Below are positions 12,201-24,081 of a DNA stretch of 64,000 nt, piece after piece. The notes beneath the pieces are model-generated. The model saw nothing but the letters and a program-made list of their open reading frames with translations. It did no database searches and was not told the DNA's origin. The position numbers and the translations under genes are program-made. Source of the stretch: Eledone cirrhosa (Eukaryota); contig OZ024751.1 in assembly GCA_964016885.1 (NCBI GenBank), forward strand, positions 52,266,001 to 52,330,000, written 5' to 3'. The number at the start of each line of letters is the position of its first letter. Position 1 is the stretch's first letter.

Positions 12201-15200
12201 TCATCATCATCATTCGTCGACTACTGTCGAGATGATGGATTTCACTCTCATGCCCCAGAATTCCCTGTCCCCCATCGCTGCCCCCAGGTCCCGTCTACTG
12301 ATTCCTGTATCCCTAGAGATAACGTCAGGGAATGACAGCTTCCTACTCCTAGTCAGGCTGGAGTCAGGGTTCCAGAGCAAGAGAGCGGATATGATTTCAT
12401 TGCTGGCACGGTGACAGTGGCCAGCAAATTGAGCTCTCCGGGATTTTAGAAGGGCAGAGGCTCGAGGGAGTTTGCCATAGATTTTAGACAAGGTGGGATG
12501 TCGTTTCCAGGATAGGTTTTGCACTCTCATTAAGAGGCGGGTATATGTGCCATCCAATCTCCTCTCAAGTTGTGATGTTAGTGTCCAAGTTTCGGATCCA
12601 TAAAGTAATATGGGCTTAATGGTTGGTTGGAATATTTCTAGTTTTAGCTTGTTGGTAAGTTGAGATGTCCATATGGCGTGCATGTCATTGCATGCTGACC
12701 ATGCCATACCCTTCCTGGTTAGAAAATCTTTTTTGGAGGAGGAGATATATGAGCCAAGATACTTGTAATCTTCCACCTGCTTAAGGGTGGTACCATTAAG
12801 GGTTCTGATGGGGTAGTTTGGGCTGTTTGCGCATCTGTTCACATACTCAGTCTTGGATTCGTTGAGGTACAGTCCAACACAGTTGACTGACTGATCAATG
12901 CGATGTCGTCAGCAAAGTCGGTGTCGGTCAAGTATTTTGCTGCGTAGCGTGAGCTTCTCCTAGGCTGTAGTTGGTATCCCCTATCCTGAATCCCATCCAC
13001 AGACATGTGCAAAACATAATCCACAACAATGATAAATAGATACGGAGCAAGGGTATCGCCCTGTAAAATTCCAGCGAGGATTGAGAAAGGTAGTGTTTAC
13101 CCATCTGGGGTCAGGACAGTTGATTTGGTATCTGTATACATTACACGTATGGCCGCGATGATTTTATCAGGAATCCCATAGAGTTGTAGAATTTCAAACA
13201 TCCCCGACCTGTCAACTGAGTCGAAGGCTTTTGAAAAATCAACAAAGATGAGTGCAAGGTCTAGATTGCGGTTTTGGGACTCCTCTATAAGTCGGCGAAG
13301 GCAGAGAATCTGGCTAAGTGTTGATCTACCTCTCCTAAATCCATTCTGGTTGTTACGAAGGATTGGCTCAAGAAATGGGATTAAGCGGTTAAGAAGAAGC
13401 TTGTTGTATATTTTTGCAGCAATTGCCATGAGAGAAATTCCTCTATAGTTGGTGACTAAAGAAAGATCTCCTTTTTTGGGCATGGGGATAATTTGAGCTG
13501 CATGCCAGACGCTAGGTGGTTTATTGGTCTCGAAAGTATGGTTACATAAGTTGAGCAAAAGGATGTGGAAATGCTCATCCTTCCAAATCAGGGTAGGTAT
13601 ATTATCCGGCCCAAAGGCTTTTGAGGCTTTGAGCTGTTTGATGGCTTCTTTGAGCTCAGGCATGGTGAAAGGAGAGGTGTTGATTCCTAAAGGCTCTGAA
13701 ACCTGAACGGATGGCAGTTGACAGTTATCAGGGAGTCTGGCCTTTTTCCCTAGAAGGTTTTTAAAATGAGCAGACCAATTTTCAAGACGTTTTTTGGCAG
13801 AGCCTCCTTTGATTCTAACTGCAGAGTTTGAGTTTTTGCCTGAAAGATCTTTGACAACCTTCCAAGCAAGATGATGGTGTTTGCTGATGTGATGTTGCGA
13901 TAGCTGATCAATCCTACCTGAGATATAGTCGGCTTCAGCATTAAGATAAGCGTCGTCTAGTGATTTTTTGACCATGATAAGCTGTATCTTTTTCCCTTGA
14001 GATGGTGATTGATGGTGAGATTGGGATATTGACCTAAGATGGGCCCTTGCCTCAACTACCTTCTCTGAGCCACTAGGTTTCATTTGGCTTCGGCTTTTCT
14101 TTTTAGGTAGGGTGGCAAGTGCAACTTCCTCTGTTGATTGCTTAAGACAGTCATACACATCCTCAATATTATCGTCATTGATGTCAGAAGTTGAGAGAGA
14201 TTAAAATCTGTTATAGACTTGAAGCATGAAGCTATTGGATATCCGTTTGTTGGAAGAAACGGCTTTCCAGTCTATTCTTTTCATGGGATGAGGTTCGGCC
14301 CTCTTGGATATCCTGAGACTAAGTTTGATTGTTGCCGAGATGACTCGATGATCTGAGCCGACAGAGCTAAAGGAGGAATAAGATCTAGAATCTTTGATTG
14401 AGTTTCTCCATTTCTTGCGAAATATCAAATAGTCAATCTGAGCTCGTTTTTGGTTTGGGTATTCGAAGGTCCAAAGCTGGCCTCTGGTCTTCATGAAGCT
14501 GTTGTTTGAGCTGAATAGACTGAATTCCTCCATGAAGTCCTTGAGATATTCCCCGTTTCGGTTAGTAACCCTATTGTATGTGAACTTTACTTCATCCGGG
14601 CCAAGTTGAGCGTTGAGGTCTCCAGCAATGATAAGAAAGTTGTGTAAGGGTACTTGCTCAACAACTGTGCGAAGGGTCGTGTAGAATTCTCTTACCTCAT
14701 CCTCAGGAGAGGCGTTATGAGGACTGTATACACATATCGCAGTGGTTCTAGGATTGCCCTCTAGTGTAAGCACCAAGATTCTGGGAGAGATTGTTTCAAT
14801 CCCCAGAAAATTATTGCTGGCTTTAGATGAGAGAAGGCAGCCGACTCCTCCGACGGAGGCATTGACAGGGTTCTTGGTGGCTGAAGAGGTGACAAGTTGG
14901 TAGGATCCTAGGGTGTGATACTTGAGATCATCCTTTGGGTGGAAAACGCGGTGTTCTTGGACCGCAAGGATGTCAATGTTCTGAAGTTTGGCATTCTCTG
15001 CCAGCTCCTGGAGTCTACCTGTTGGAAGGAGGGTTCTGGTGTTCAAGGAGCTAACTATTATTTGCTTTTTACAGCTAACCAAGCGAGATTTGCTTGTTGT
15101 TTGGTTAGGACCTGATTCTTCTCCATCAGATGAACCCCGTCCCTTGAGATTTGAGGATTCATCATCATTCGATGCCTTTGTAGGTGCATTATGATCAGAA

Positions 15201-15820
15201 ACAGGACCCAGGAAAGCAGGGGCTGGACCTATATCAACAGGTATACCATATAGTGTGGTTCCCTGAGGAACAGGAACCCTGGTGCAGTTAGTTGCGAAAT
15301 CAATCATCCTTTCAAATAGCTAATAATGTGTGTGGGCGCCACTACTCCACACATGTGAAAGAATTTGACAGCCAAGTCTTGAAGAAGGTGCTTTCTTTTC
15401 CATGTGGTGGGTTACCCGGCGCCAGATACCATCCTGGCATTTATACCCTCGCCCTAATTGTTCATGTTGCAAGCACTAGAGTAGTTGCTAACCAAAGCTA
15501 CGGACCCACTCTATCCGTCTGGAGATACGTTGCACTAGCTTACCAGCATACTACTAGCAGGAAGTTGACTTTTCCGGCACTGCAGCGCCCTTCGGCGGGC
15601 CGTGCTGGTTTTGGATGGCCATTGACTCCAAGAGCTCTTAGGAGCTCCCAGGAGTTCCTTTGCCCTTTGACAGGTTTTGTTTTTAGTCCTGCAGGATGTC
15701 CAAAGTCACCCTCCTCACCAAGAAATCTTGGTGGGGTTGCCAGTTTAGTCGCCAACAACCCGACCATGAGACAGGTTGTACTGGGATACATGTTACCAGT
15801 AGCACCAACTGGTGACCTGT
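12201..15820 (-). mobile_element. RTE-like LINE of a second family, near full-length, disabled
   Basis: APE endonuclease (LNTRTL, QEH, GDLNA, IDY, SDH) in ORF 14201..15307. RT (NYRGI, QNGFR, FVDFSKAFDSV, GILQGDTLAP, FADD, YKYLG). (TGA)n tail, about 510 bp of 5'UTR, flanked by (TA)n on both sides. Confidence 0.95.
12210..15307 (-). pseudogene. APE-RT ORF2 pseudogene
   Basis: In-frame stops at 14201 and 13097 (all three ORF pieces share a frame), plus a deletion with frameshift near 12885 just after FADDIALISQS. Confidence 0.92.
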
Positions 15821-16014
15821 ATATATATATATGTTAGCAACACCACTTGGGCATTCCATATCTTTAGCAAAATCTACTCTGCTGTGGGCATACATGTTAG
15901 GTCTTTGGTTTGGGGATACCTTCTGCTGTTTATCCTTACAGCCATGCAGTACCTGAAAAAGGGTCATACATGTGCCCTTCACTCCATGATTAAACAGTAT
16001 ATACAAGTATATCT

Positions 16015-16142
16015 ATTGTCATCATAGCCTTCGTTTTATTGTCCTCTTTCCCTGATAGCAAGGGTTGAACGGGTCTATATAGACCAAGTCGGTACTGAAT
16101 CAGGGATACTGATCTCCCAGATAGACCAGGGATATGTGTCTC
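16015..16142 (-). mobile_element. degenerate RTE-type 3' tail fragment
   Basis: The minus strand reads CCCGTTCAACCCTTGCTATCAGGGAAAGAGGAC...ATGATGAC, resembling the terminus at 5287-5340. Confidence 0.6.
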
Positions 16143-16161
16143 ACTTATGTGTATGTGTGTG

Positions 16162-16217
<56 letters not shown>

Positions 16218-16422
16218 CATTAACTCGCATGTACTTGCAATATGTTTATGTGTGTCTGTGTTTATTGCAAGAAAAGAAGCGGAAAGTAGACTAAGATCAA
16301 CTTTTGCACATTGTATGGTGTTAGATGTTTGCTGTTAAAGAACAGAAGCAAAAATCAATATTTTGAATGAATATTCAAAAGGAAGTGAGCAACATCTTAC
16401 TGAGATGAGCAAAAACCTCGAG

Positions 16423-16665
16423 AATCACTGAAGATGTGACATAGCTATGACTATGTGGTCCAATAATCACTGAAGATATGACATAGCTATGACTACTGGT
16501 TCAATAATGACTGAAGATATGACGTAGCTATGACTACTGGTTCAATAATCACTGAAGATGTAACATAAATATGATTACTGGTCCAATAATTATTGAAGAT
16601 ATGGCACAACTATGGTTAATGGTTCAATACTTATTGAAATGTGACATAGCTATGATTAATGGTAG
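16423..16665. repeat. 41-bp minisatellite, about 6 copies
   Basis: AATCACTGAAGATATGACATAGCTATGACTACTGGTTCAAT units at 16423, 16465, 16506, 16547, 16588, 16629. Confidence 0.9.
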
Positions 16666-16811
16666 CACATTGGTCCGGCAAACCAAAGATGTTGGTTTGT
16701 GTCCCATGTATGCCAATACTCATCCTTTTTTCCATTCAGAGGGTTTTTTAAAAAATCCCAACTAATAGACTAATTTTATTTCGTCAAATACAGCATAAGC
16801 ACGTGTTACTA

Positions 16812-16851
<40 letters not shown>

Positions 16852-17790
16852 CACAGTGTGTATCTCATAAGAGGCAACTAAAAATAAATGTTTTGTACCA
16901 GAAATAACAATTGGCTGTAAAACATTGCCTCAAAAGGGACTCCAGGATTTGTCTGAAGCATGTCATGGTGCCAACAATGCTAACCTCTATCTGGGCAAGT
17001 TGTTGGGGGAATGGCCTTTAAAAAAACACTTGTTGTCAATGGATAGATATACTATAGCTTGATCTTTCATTACCACTAAGACATGACAATGTTGACAGTC
17101 TAGTTTACAATTAGATCTACCAAGGCAAGCAGTGAGTGCAATACCTGCTGCCTCATACTCACAGATATAATTTATTCATTTATTCAGTCTCATGTGAAAT
17201 GGTTTAATCCTACCACAGTTAAACTATCACCAACCTACTCATTAATTTTCAATGATTGTCCTGTCTGTCTCTGCCACCTCACCACCCTGCCATCTCTGTT
17301 TCCTAATGAATAATTAAATATACAATGTGTTTAGGGCCTGGCAAGGGTTTGTGGGATGGGGGATATCAACAATTGGACACAGATGAGAGATTGTTTAGCT
17401 GAGAAGTTACTATTGGAAATACTGAATTGTAGATATAATAAATTCTGAATTCTTATGGACATATGCAATTTATAATTTGTATTCTTTTTAATCTTTTTCA
17501 TCTTTTGACCAGCAGCCACCTTAGGGCTCCACATTTTATTTCTTTATTTATTTATTTTTATACTGTTTAGTCGGGGAGAGAAGGGCAGTTATCTTGACCC
17601 TTTTTGGAAGCGTCAGAGGGAGGGAAGGAGGAAAGTATCTTCAAACTGGACTCCAGGATAATATTTACACGTAATATCTCACGTAACATTTACATTACTC
17701 TGTATATACTATTGTATTTTCACAGTAAAGTCTTGCAGCAGGGTAGACTTCCCTACCCAACTCCCTTCCTCCAAGGGTCAGATAATGGTT

Positions 17791-18001
17791 TCTGATTTAG
17801 GCACAAGGCCAGCAATTTTTAGTGGAGTGGAAAGTCGATTAAATCGACTCCAATGCGTGACTGGTTCTTTATTTTATTGACCTCGTAAGGATGAAAGGCA
17901 AAGCTAACCTCGGCGGGATTTGAACTCAGAACGTAAAGGGCCATAACTCTATGTTGCTAAGTATGTTGACCGATGCTCTACCAGTTCTACCAATCCACCA
18001 C
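17791..18001 (-). mobile_element. SINE (Nin/Deu-like core family)
   Basis: Reverse complement of the 23478 family (GAGTTCAAATCCCGCCGAGGTTAGCTTTGCCTTTCATCC). Imperfect flanking duplication CCTCCA(A)GGGTCAG(A/G)TAATGGTT. Confidence 0.85.
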
Positions 18002-18019
18002 CCTCCAGGGTCAGGTAAT

Positions 18020-18200
18020 GGTTATAATCCAGGTTCAGTATTTTGAGATCCGGTTTCACCATCTTTGGCCAGGTCTTCGTTAGTCTTTCTTTATGACTTT
18101 AGTTTCTTTCAAGATTGCAGTATACTAAGACTGTACCATTGCAATGTCTTAGTCTAGCATCCAGAGAGGGTTTTGTTCTGGAATCTACTGGAAGCCTATT
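18020..18200 (-). mobile_element. highly degenerate RTE C-terminal fragment
   Basis: One minus-strand frame reads ERLTKTWPKMVKPDLKILNL, resembling the RTE GRPRKTW..V..DL motif. Confidence 0.45.
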
Positions 18201-20159
18201 TTAGATGACTTTGTAGTGACCTACATTCCGCAGGCTCACATACATTCTCTGTGCATGATTTGGCTCAGCTCAGCCAATCAGCGCCAGTAGAAGAGGATGT
18301 ATCCCTACGCGTCCTGAGAGAGAAATTACCCGCAAAGATTTGAGGATCTCACTCTGGCAGCTTGACCATGCTAAGGTAAACACCACTTGTTCTTTTGCTC
18401 CGTAAGCACAAACAATATGTAACGACACAACAATTTTACTACTGGCCAAACGCCTCAGCCAGTCGACCGTATTTTCTCTTGTAATCTTAATTGAATTATT
18501 TCATTATTCTTGGCATGCCAGCTTAATTCACTTCTTAACCTTTGTTAATAAATAATGTAAAAACAAGCTAAAGTCGTTGTCGATATTCCTATCATATCTT
18601 TCTACCAAAACTGGTTCCTCGTGGCAACATTACAACTTCTAAATATATTTCTGCTAAACTGGTGACCCCGACGTGATGAATTTTACGTAGCCTTCTGTTC
18701 AATGCAACTTACGAAAATACAAAATATCCCTTTTAAAATTGTAAAAAAATTAGCAGTATTTCAAAAACTTTTCGCCACGACGAAATTTCAAAATGGCTAC
18801 CGACAAGTCCTGTCTACAATCAACAATGACAACGACAACAGCAGCAGCGACAACATTGTTTAACCACTAACCAACAACAGGGAATAGTGAGATGGCAGCT
18901 TCATAGCCTTACCGACGCAACCACCACACATCATATTGTTGACTTCCACGCTTTCACCTGTTCTATCGTCTCTACCATTTGAGAAAAAAAAAAAAAAAAA
19001 AAAATATGGAAGTAGTTTTTTTTTTTAAAAAGAACAACACGTGGTTTAACTTTTGCGAACTCGCCAACGACAACATCTTGGAAAGAAAAAAAATTGGCTG
19101 TATTTTCAAAATTATAGCCCGGAAACATTTTTCTTTCCATACGGCTTCCTGCAATGCAAACAAGCAACACATGGCTAACTATTAACCAACACCAGGGAAC
19201 GGCTTGTAACTTTGCCGACGCAACCACCATACCTTCTGTCTCGTTACCACAAGGACTCGAGAAATTAAGACATTAGTTTTCTCACCATTATGGTGTCAGA
19301 CGTGGCTGCCATGTTGGTGACTCTAGGTTCTTCAACGCTCGACTTCAACTCCACAGAAGATTCATTGTGACTTTGCTTAAACAACAACAACTCTACTAGC
19401 TCCCTAGTAAGAGTGATCCCAAAGAAAAAAGAAGCGAACTTTTTGTTAAAAGAAAGGAAACAATTCTTTATTTCTTCCTTTTTTTTTTCAGGCCTTTATT
19501 TTGGACATTTATTTTTTTTTAAAACTGTATTATATGAAAATTCATTTCTCTCTATCATTGTATATGTGACCGCACGCACACATTTTCTTTGCTGTATTAC
19601 ATGCCTGCATATATACACACACCAACATGTTGTTGTCTATAGTGTGTGATCTTCAGGCATCGTAATATTCTGCGAGATCCCTTTTCACCTTCTGGAGGCA
19701 CCAAAACATGCTGTCGACACTTGCAGCTTAATTCACCTGCACCGCAACACGAGAATGCTAATTGCAGCTGAACTCAAACAGTTTCGCATCTCGTTGCACA
19801 TTCATCGTCCATAACAACCTCTATCTTGTTATCTTACCCAACTCACCGGGAAAACAACAAATAGAACTGGAATTGTCAGCATTTCCACCGCCTCCTGCCA
19901 ACACCAAATTATTACTACAATTATTCTAACCAATCTTTTTCTCTCTCTTTCTCTCTCTCTCTCTTGCTGATCACTCCCCAACCATCCTCTAAGGTAGCTG
20001 CCTGTGGCAAACTCCTATACAAACTCTTTATGGTCCATGGAAAGGTCAGATATAATTTCCTGCATAGATATCACTAAAAATGTATTCTTGACCTTTATGG
20101 GGGAAATTTCTTTAGTAACTAATTAAAATTAAGTGGACAAATTTCTGCTTTCAACTCAT

Positions 20160-20530
20160 TATCTCTTCATCATCACCACCAACACTACAGGCACCACCAC
20201 CACCATAAGCATCAACACTATCAACATCATTAGTAGTCCACCACCGCCACAAGCATCAACACAGTAGTAGTCCAGCATGAACACCAACACCATCATTAAC
20301 AGTCTCTTTACCATCATCAACAACAGCAACAGCAGCAACAGCATTACCATCAGCAGCTGCAACAGCATTACCATCAGCAGCAACTTCACCAGCACCATCA
20401 CCCCCCAGCAACAACATCACCATCACTATCAGCAACACCATCACCACCATCATCAGTAACAACCACAGCACCACCACCACCATCAGTAACAACACCACCA
20501 CCAACACCACCACCCCCATCATCATCATCA
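20160..20530. repeat. (CAC/CAT/CAG)n low-complexity tract
   Basis: Trinucleotide runs. Confidence 0.9.
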
Positions 20531-20669
20531 ACCTATACTATTTCAATCTACTCAGCTCTAATATTTTCAACTAGATATATTTGTTAGTTTTATTCAATTA
20601 TTCATAACACAATGATTTCTCTATTTTATATTCCATTAATTTTTGAAAACTTAATCATAAATTTAGCTC

Positions 20670-21110
20670 TGTCTGTGTGTGTGCGCACTTGTGTGTGCGC
20701 ACTTGTGTGTGTGTGTTTGAGTGTGCTAGTGTATCTGTGTATGTATATTTGTATATATGTTTGTGTGTGCGTGTTTGTATGTATATTTGTGTGCTTGAAT
20801 GTGCTTATGTGTGTATGTGCTTGTATGTGTACTTGAGTGCGTGTTTGTCTCTGTATGTGTATATGCCTTTATGCTTATGTGTGTGTGTTTGTCTCTGTAT
20901 GTGTATATGTCTTTATGCTTGTGTGTGCATGCGTGTTTGTGTGGAAAATACAGTGACTATTAAAGATGTTTGTTCTGATTAACATGAAAACAAACTATTG
21001 AAAATGCTTGAATGCACGCAAACACATACATACACACACACATGCACACACACTCTTTCTCACAGACACACACATATACATACACATTCACATACACATT
21101 TATATATATA
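20670..21110. repeat. (TG)n and (CA)n-derived microsatellite
   Basis: Dinucleotide runs. Confidence 0.85.
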
Positions 21111-21694
21111 CTAGCAGTGGCAACCGGCGTTGCACGGGATAAGGTATTTTGGAACGCGGGCTGCCAACAGACATAATCGTGGAAAAACTGCATGCCTGGA
21201 CAATATGTAAAGAAAATAAACCAAATACTCTGTCTGAAGGCTGGATAATCTTTAAGATTTTCCTCGATGAAGCAGGAAAAATGCAGGTTTTCACCTAGGG
21301 GATCAAGAAAATGAATTTTTTTTATGTGCATAATATGTCTTGAAATTTCGGGAAAATTGGCTAGACGTAACGCCTCAAAAAAGTCCTAAAAAGCTGGAAA
21401 AAATGAAATTTTTCACCTAATGCGAGCGGGCCCTAGGCCATACAAAAGTTGGATTTTCTTTGCTTACGGTATGAAGAAGAGACTGACTAATACAGAGTTA
21501 CAATTTCAAAGAAATCAGTCTGACGTAACGCCTCAAAAAACCCCTAAAAGCTGAAAAGTTGCATAACACTCCCTGAAACATAAGTAATACGCATGTAAAG
21601 TTTGAAAAAAATTGGTTGGGTACTTCTCGAGTTTTAGGGATTCAAACTCACACACACACACACACCCAGACATCCTCAGTTTTATATATATAGA
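21111..21694 (-). mobile_element. non-autonomous Helitron
   Basis: The minus strand starts TCTATATATATAAAA and ends with a subterminal hairpin CCCGTGCAACGCCGG followed by CTAG. It sits between A and T with no TSD, and has an internal direct repeat GACGTAACGCCTCAAAAAA at 21364 and 21522. Confidence 0.88.
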
Positions 21695-21774
21695 TATATG
21701 TATATGAAATGGGTAATAAAAGAGTGTGTATATATGGATGTATATATGTTTGTGCATATGTATGTATCATTTGA

Positions 21775-22117
21775 TTTATCATTTATCATTTCATTTTACG
21801 TCCGCTTTTCCCTGCTTGCAAGGGTGGGACGGGAACTGATTCTGGCTTGATTTCTACAGCTGGATGCCCTTCGTAACACCAACCTCATTTACAGTGAGTG
21901 CTAGGTGCTTTTTTACCGTGGCACCTCCACGACCACTTTGCAGTGGAATGATTTGGACCTCAGTCCCTATCATCTCATTTCTACAGCTGAGTAAACTAGA
22001 GCAATGTGAAATAAAGCGTCTTGCTCAAGGAAACAACACATCACCCGGTCTGAGAATTGAACTCACAACCTTTCGATTGCAAGGCTAATGCTCTAACCAC
22101 TAAGCCATGTGCCTCCC
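21775..22117 (-). mobile_element. tRNA-derived SINE with RTE 3' tail
   Basis: Reverse-complement copy of 42592-42930. Confidence 0.93.
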
Positions 22118-22348
22118 ATATGCATATATGTATTTATATATGTATGCATAACTATATGTGTATGTAGGTACATATATATGTAGACCTGTGGTATGTGTGT
22201 TAAGAACCATGAAAATATGTATGTTCTGTAAGTATATGGGTGAATATATGCATATATATATATGTGTACGTATGTATGTGCATGCATATATATATGTATT
22301 TGTATATCTACATGTATATGTACATTTAAACATTAGTACACAGACACA

Positions 22349-22423
<75 letters not shown>

Positions 22424-22426
<3 letters not shown>

Positions 22427-23138
22427 GAAAAATTGAACGGGAACAAAACAGAGAGGCAGTACAACAAATGTTTATTAATTTCACGCTCTTGAGAGTGGGG
22501 TGGTGGTGGGGAACGACGTTTCGGGCATAAGCCCTTCTTCAGGTGCAAAGTGTGTGGGAAGAGAGTTCAAAGGGTGTGTAGGGGAGTGGTGGAGAGACAT
22601 ATAGCAAAAAGGGGGTGAGAGGAAACGGTGCAAATGAAATTAAAAATAAAGGCATGATCAAAATAAAATTAAAATGGGGTAAAACAGGTGGTGGAAGGGT
22701 GTAGGGGTGGTGGAGTGGGGAGAGGGAGACGGGGTGTCCAAGCGGGGAGGGCTGAAGTAGGTGTGTGTGTGTAGGTGTACGTGTATGTGAAAGCAAGGGT
22801 TGGAGGAAGAACGGGGTTGCATGTTCAGGAAGAGGTGTGTGTGGGGTGGGGTGTAGGTCGGAGTGTGTGTGGATAGAGGGATGGGGGGGGGAGAGGAATC
22901 CGGAGGCTGAATGTGTAAATATGTGGTGGTACACACGTGTGTGTGGTGTTTAAGCGTGTTGTGGGTGTAGGTGGCGTGTGGGAAAAAACATTTTTTGGAT
23001 GTGTGTGTGTGGGTGAGTCATAAAGGTGATTCCGTAAGAAGATGTGGTGGAATGCTTAGTAAAATCCTTGGATGTGGTTGATTCCGGGATCAAGGTTCAC
23101 ATAGTGTAATCCGTGAAGAGATTGGTCGGAAGAGGGGA
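22424..23138 (-). mobile_element. Penelope-like element 3' end / pLTR remnant
   Basis: Minimal hammerhead motif followed by AATAAA on the minus strand, bounded by (TA)n. A short frame ...HGLHYVNLDPG... weakly resembles a PLE C-terminus. Confidence 0.65.
22511..22546 (-). ncRNA. minimal (Penelope-type) hammerhead ribozyme motif
   Basis: GCAC-CTGAAGA-A-GGGC-TTAT-GCCC-GAAA-CG-TC^GTTC. Core intact, palindromic ACGT stem III, weak stem I. Confidence 0.75.
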
Positions 23139-23477
23139 TATATATATATATGTGTGTGTGTGTATATATTTATGGGTGTGATATGTAATTGAATCTATTT
23201 ATAATTTTTCTTATTCTAAAATTAATCCTTTCGTCTCTATTAATATAGTTTTAGATTATAACTTTCTTAATAACTAAAATTCTCCCAGTGATTGATACAT
23301 TATTACTGTATTAAGCTGTAGTGCACTAGTAATCTTTGAGTTGTCTCCCTTGACATTGCATTATTTGAGGAGAGATTACTCTAAGGTGTATTATGGTGCC
23401 AACAGCGTGTTGAAGGTTAAGCTTCCATAATTTTTTTATTGTTTTTCTTAATATACTCTATTAATGTTATGCTTAAA

Positions 23478-23653
23478 TGGCGGTGAATTGGCAGGGTTGG
23501 ACGCCATGCTTTGACGCATAGAGTTACGGCCCTTGCCATTCTGAGTTCAAATCCCGCCGAGGTTAACTTTGCCTTTCATCCTTACGGGGTCGATAAAATA
23601 AAGTACCAGTAATACATTGGGAAATTGCTGGCCTTGTGCCAAAAGTAGAAACA
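23478..23653 (+). mobile_element. SINE (Nin/Deu-like core family) with 18-bp TSD
   Basis: B-box GAGTTCAAATCCC, core CTTTCATCCTTACGGGGTCGATAAAATAAAGTACC. TSD ATTAATGTTATGCTTAAA at 23460 and 23654. Confidence 0.92.
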
Positions 23654-23812
23654 ATTAATGTTATGCTTAAAGTTGTTGTTACTTCAGTTAATAGGTATTA
23701 CTAAAGTTAGTTATTAGTTACTAAAGCTCTAGTTGTATTCCTATAATGTCATTTTAGTGGCTAATATTCGTGCATTAGGTTTTAAGAATCAAGCACATTA
23801 TTTTAATTACTG

Positions 23813-23992
23813 GTGAATTGGCAGTATCGGTAGAGGGGTGTACGCCATGCTTTCTAGCATAGTTACGTCCCTTTACAGTCTGAGTTCAAATACCGCCGAG
23901 GTTAACTTTGCCTTTCATCCTTACAAGGTCGATAAAATAAAGTACCAGTAATGTACTGGGTAATTTCTGGCCTTGTGCCAAAAGTAGAAACA
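23813..23992 (+). mobile_element. SINE (Nin/Deu-like core family) with 16-bp TSD
   Basis: Same family as 23478. TSD ATTATTTTAATTACTG at 23797 and 23993. Confidence 0.92.
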
Positions 23993-24081
23993 ATTATTTT
24001 AATTACTGCACTTTATATTTTATTACTAATTAATTTTAATTTGTACGTTTGGTCTTCCATAGTGTTTTAACGTCTTCTCAA

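Noticed and set aside
15292-15837. 181-aa + strand ORF and 83-aa - strand uORF
   Set aside because: Both lie in the LINE 5'UTR with no motifs. The + ORF is antisense to the element.
16423-16665. Tandem hammerheads (CTGAAGA in several units)
   Set aside because: No stem II-GAAA-UH arrangement follows, so this is an ordinary minisatellite.
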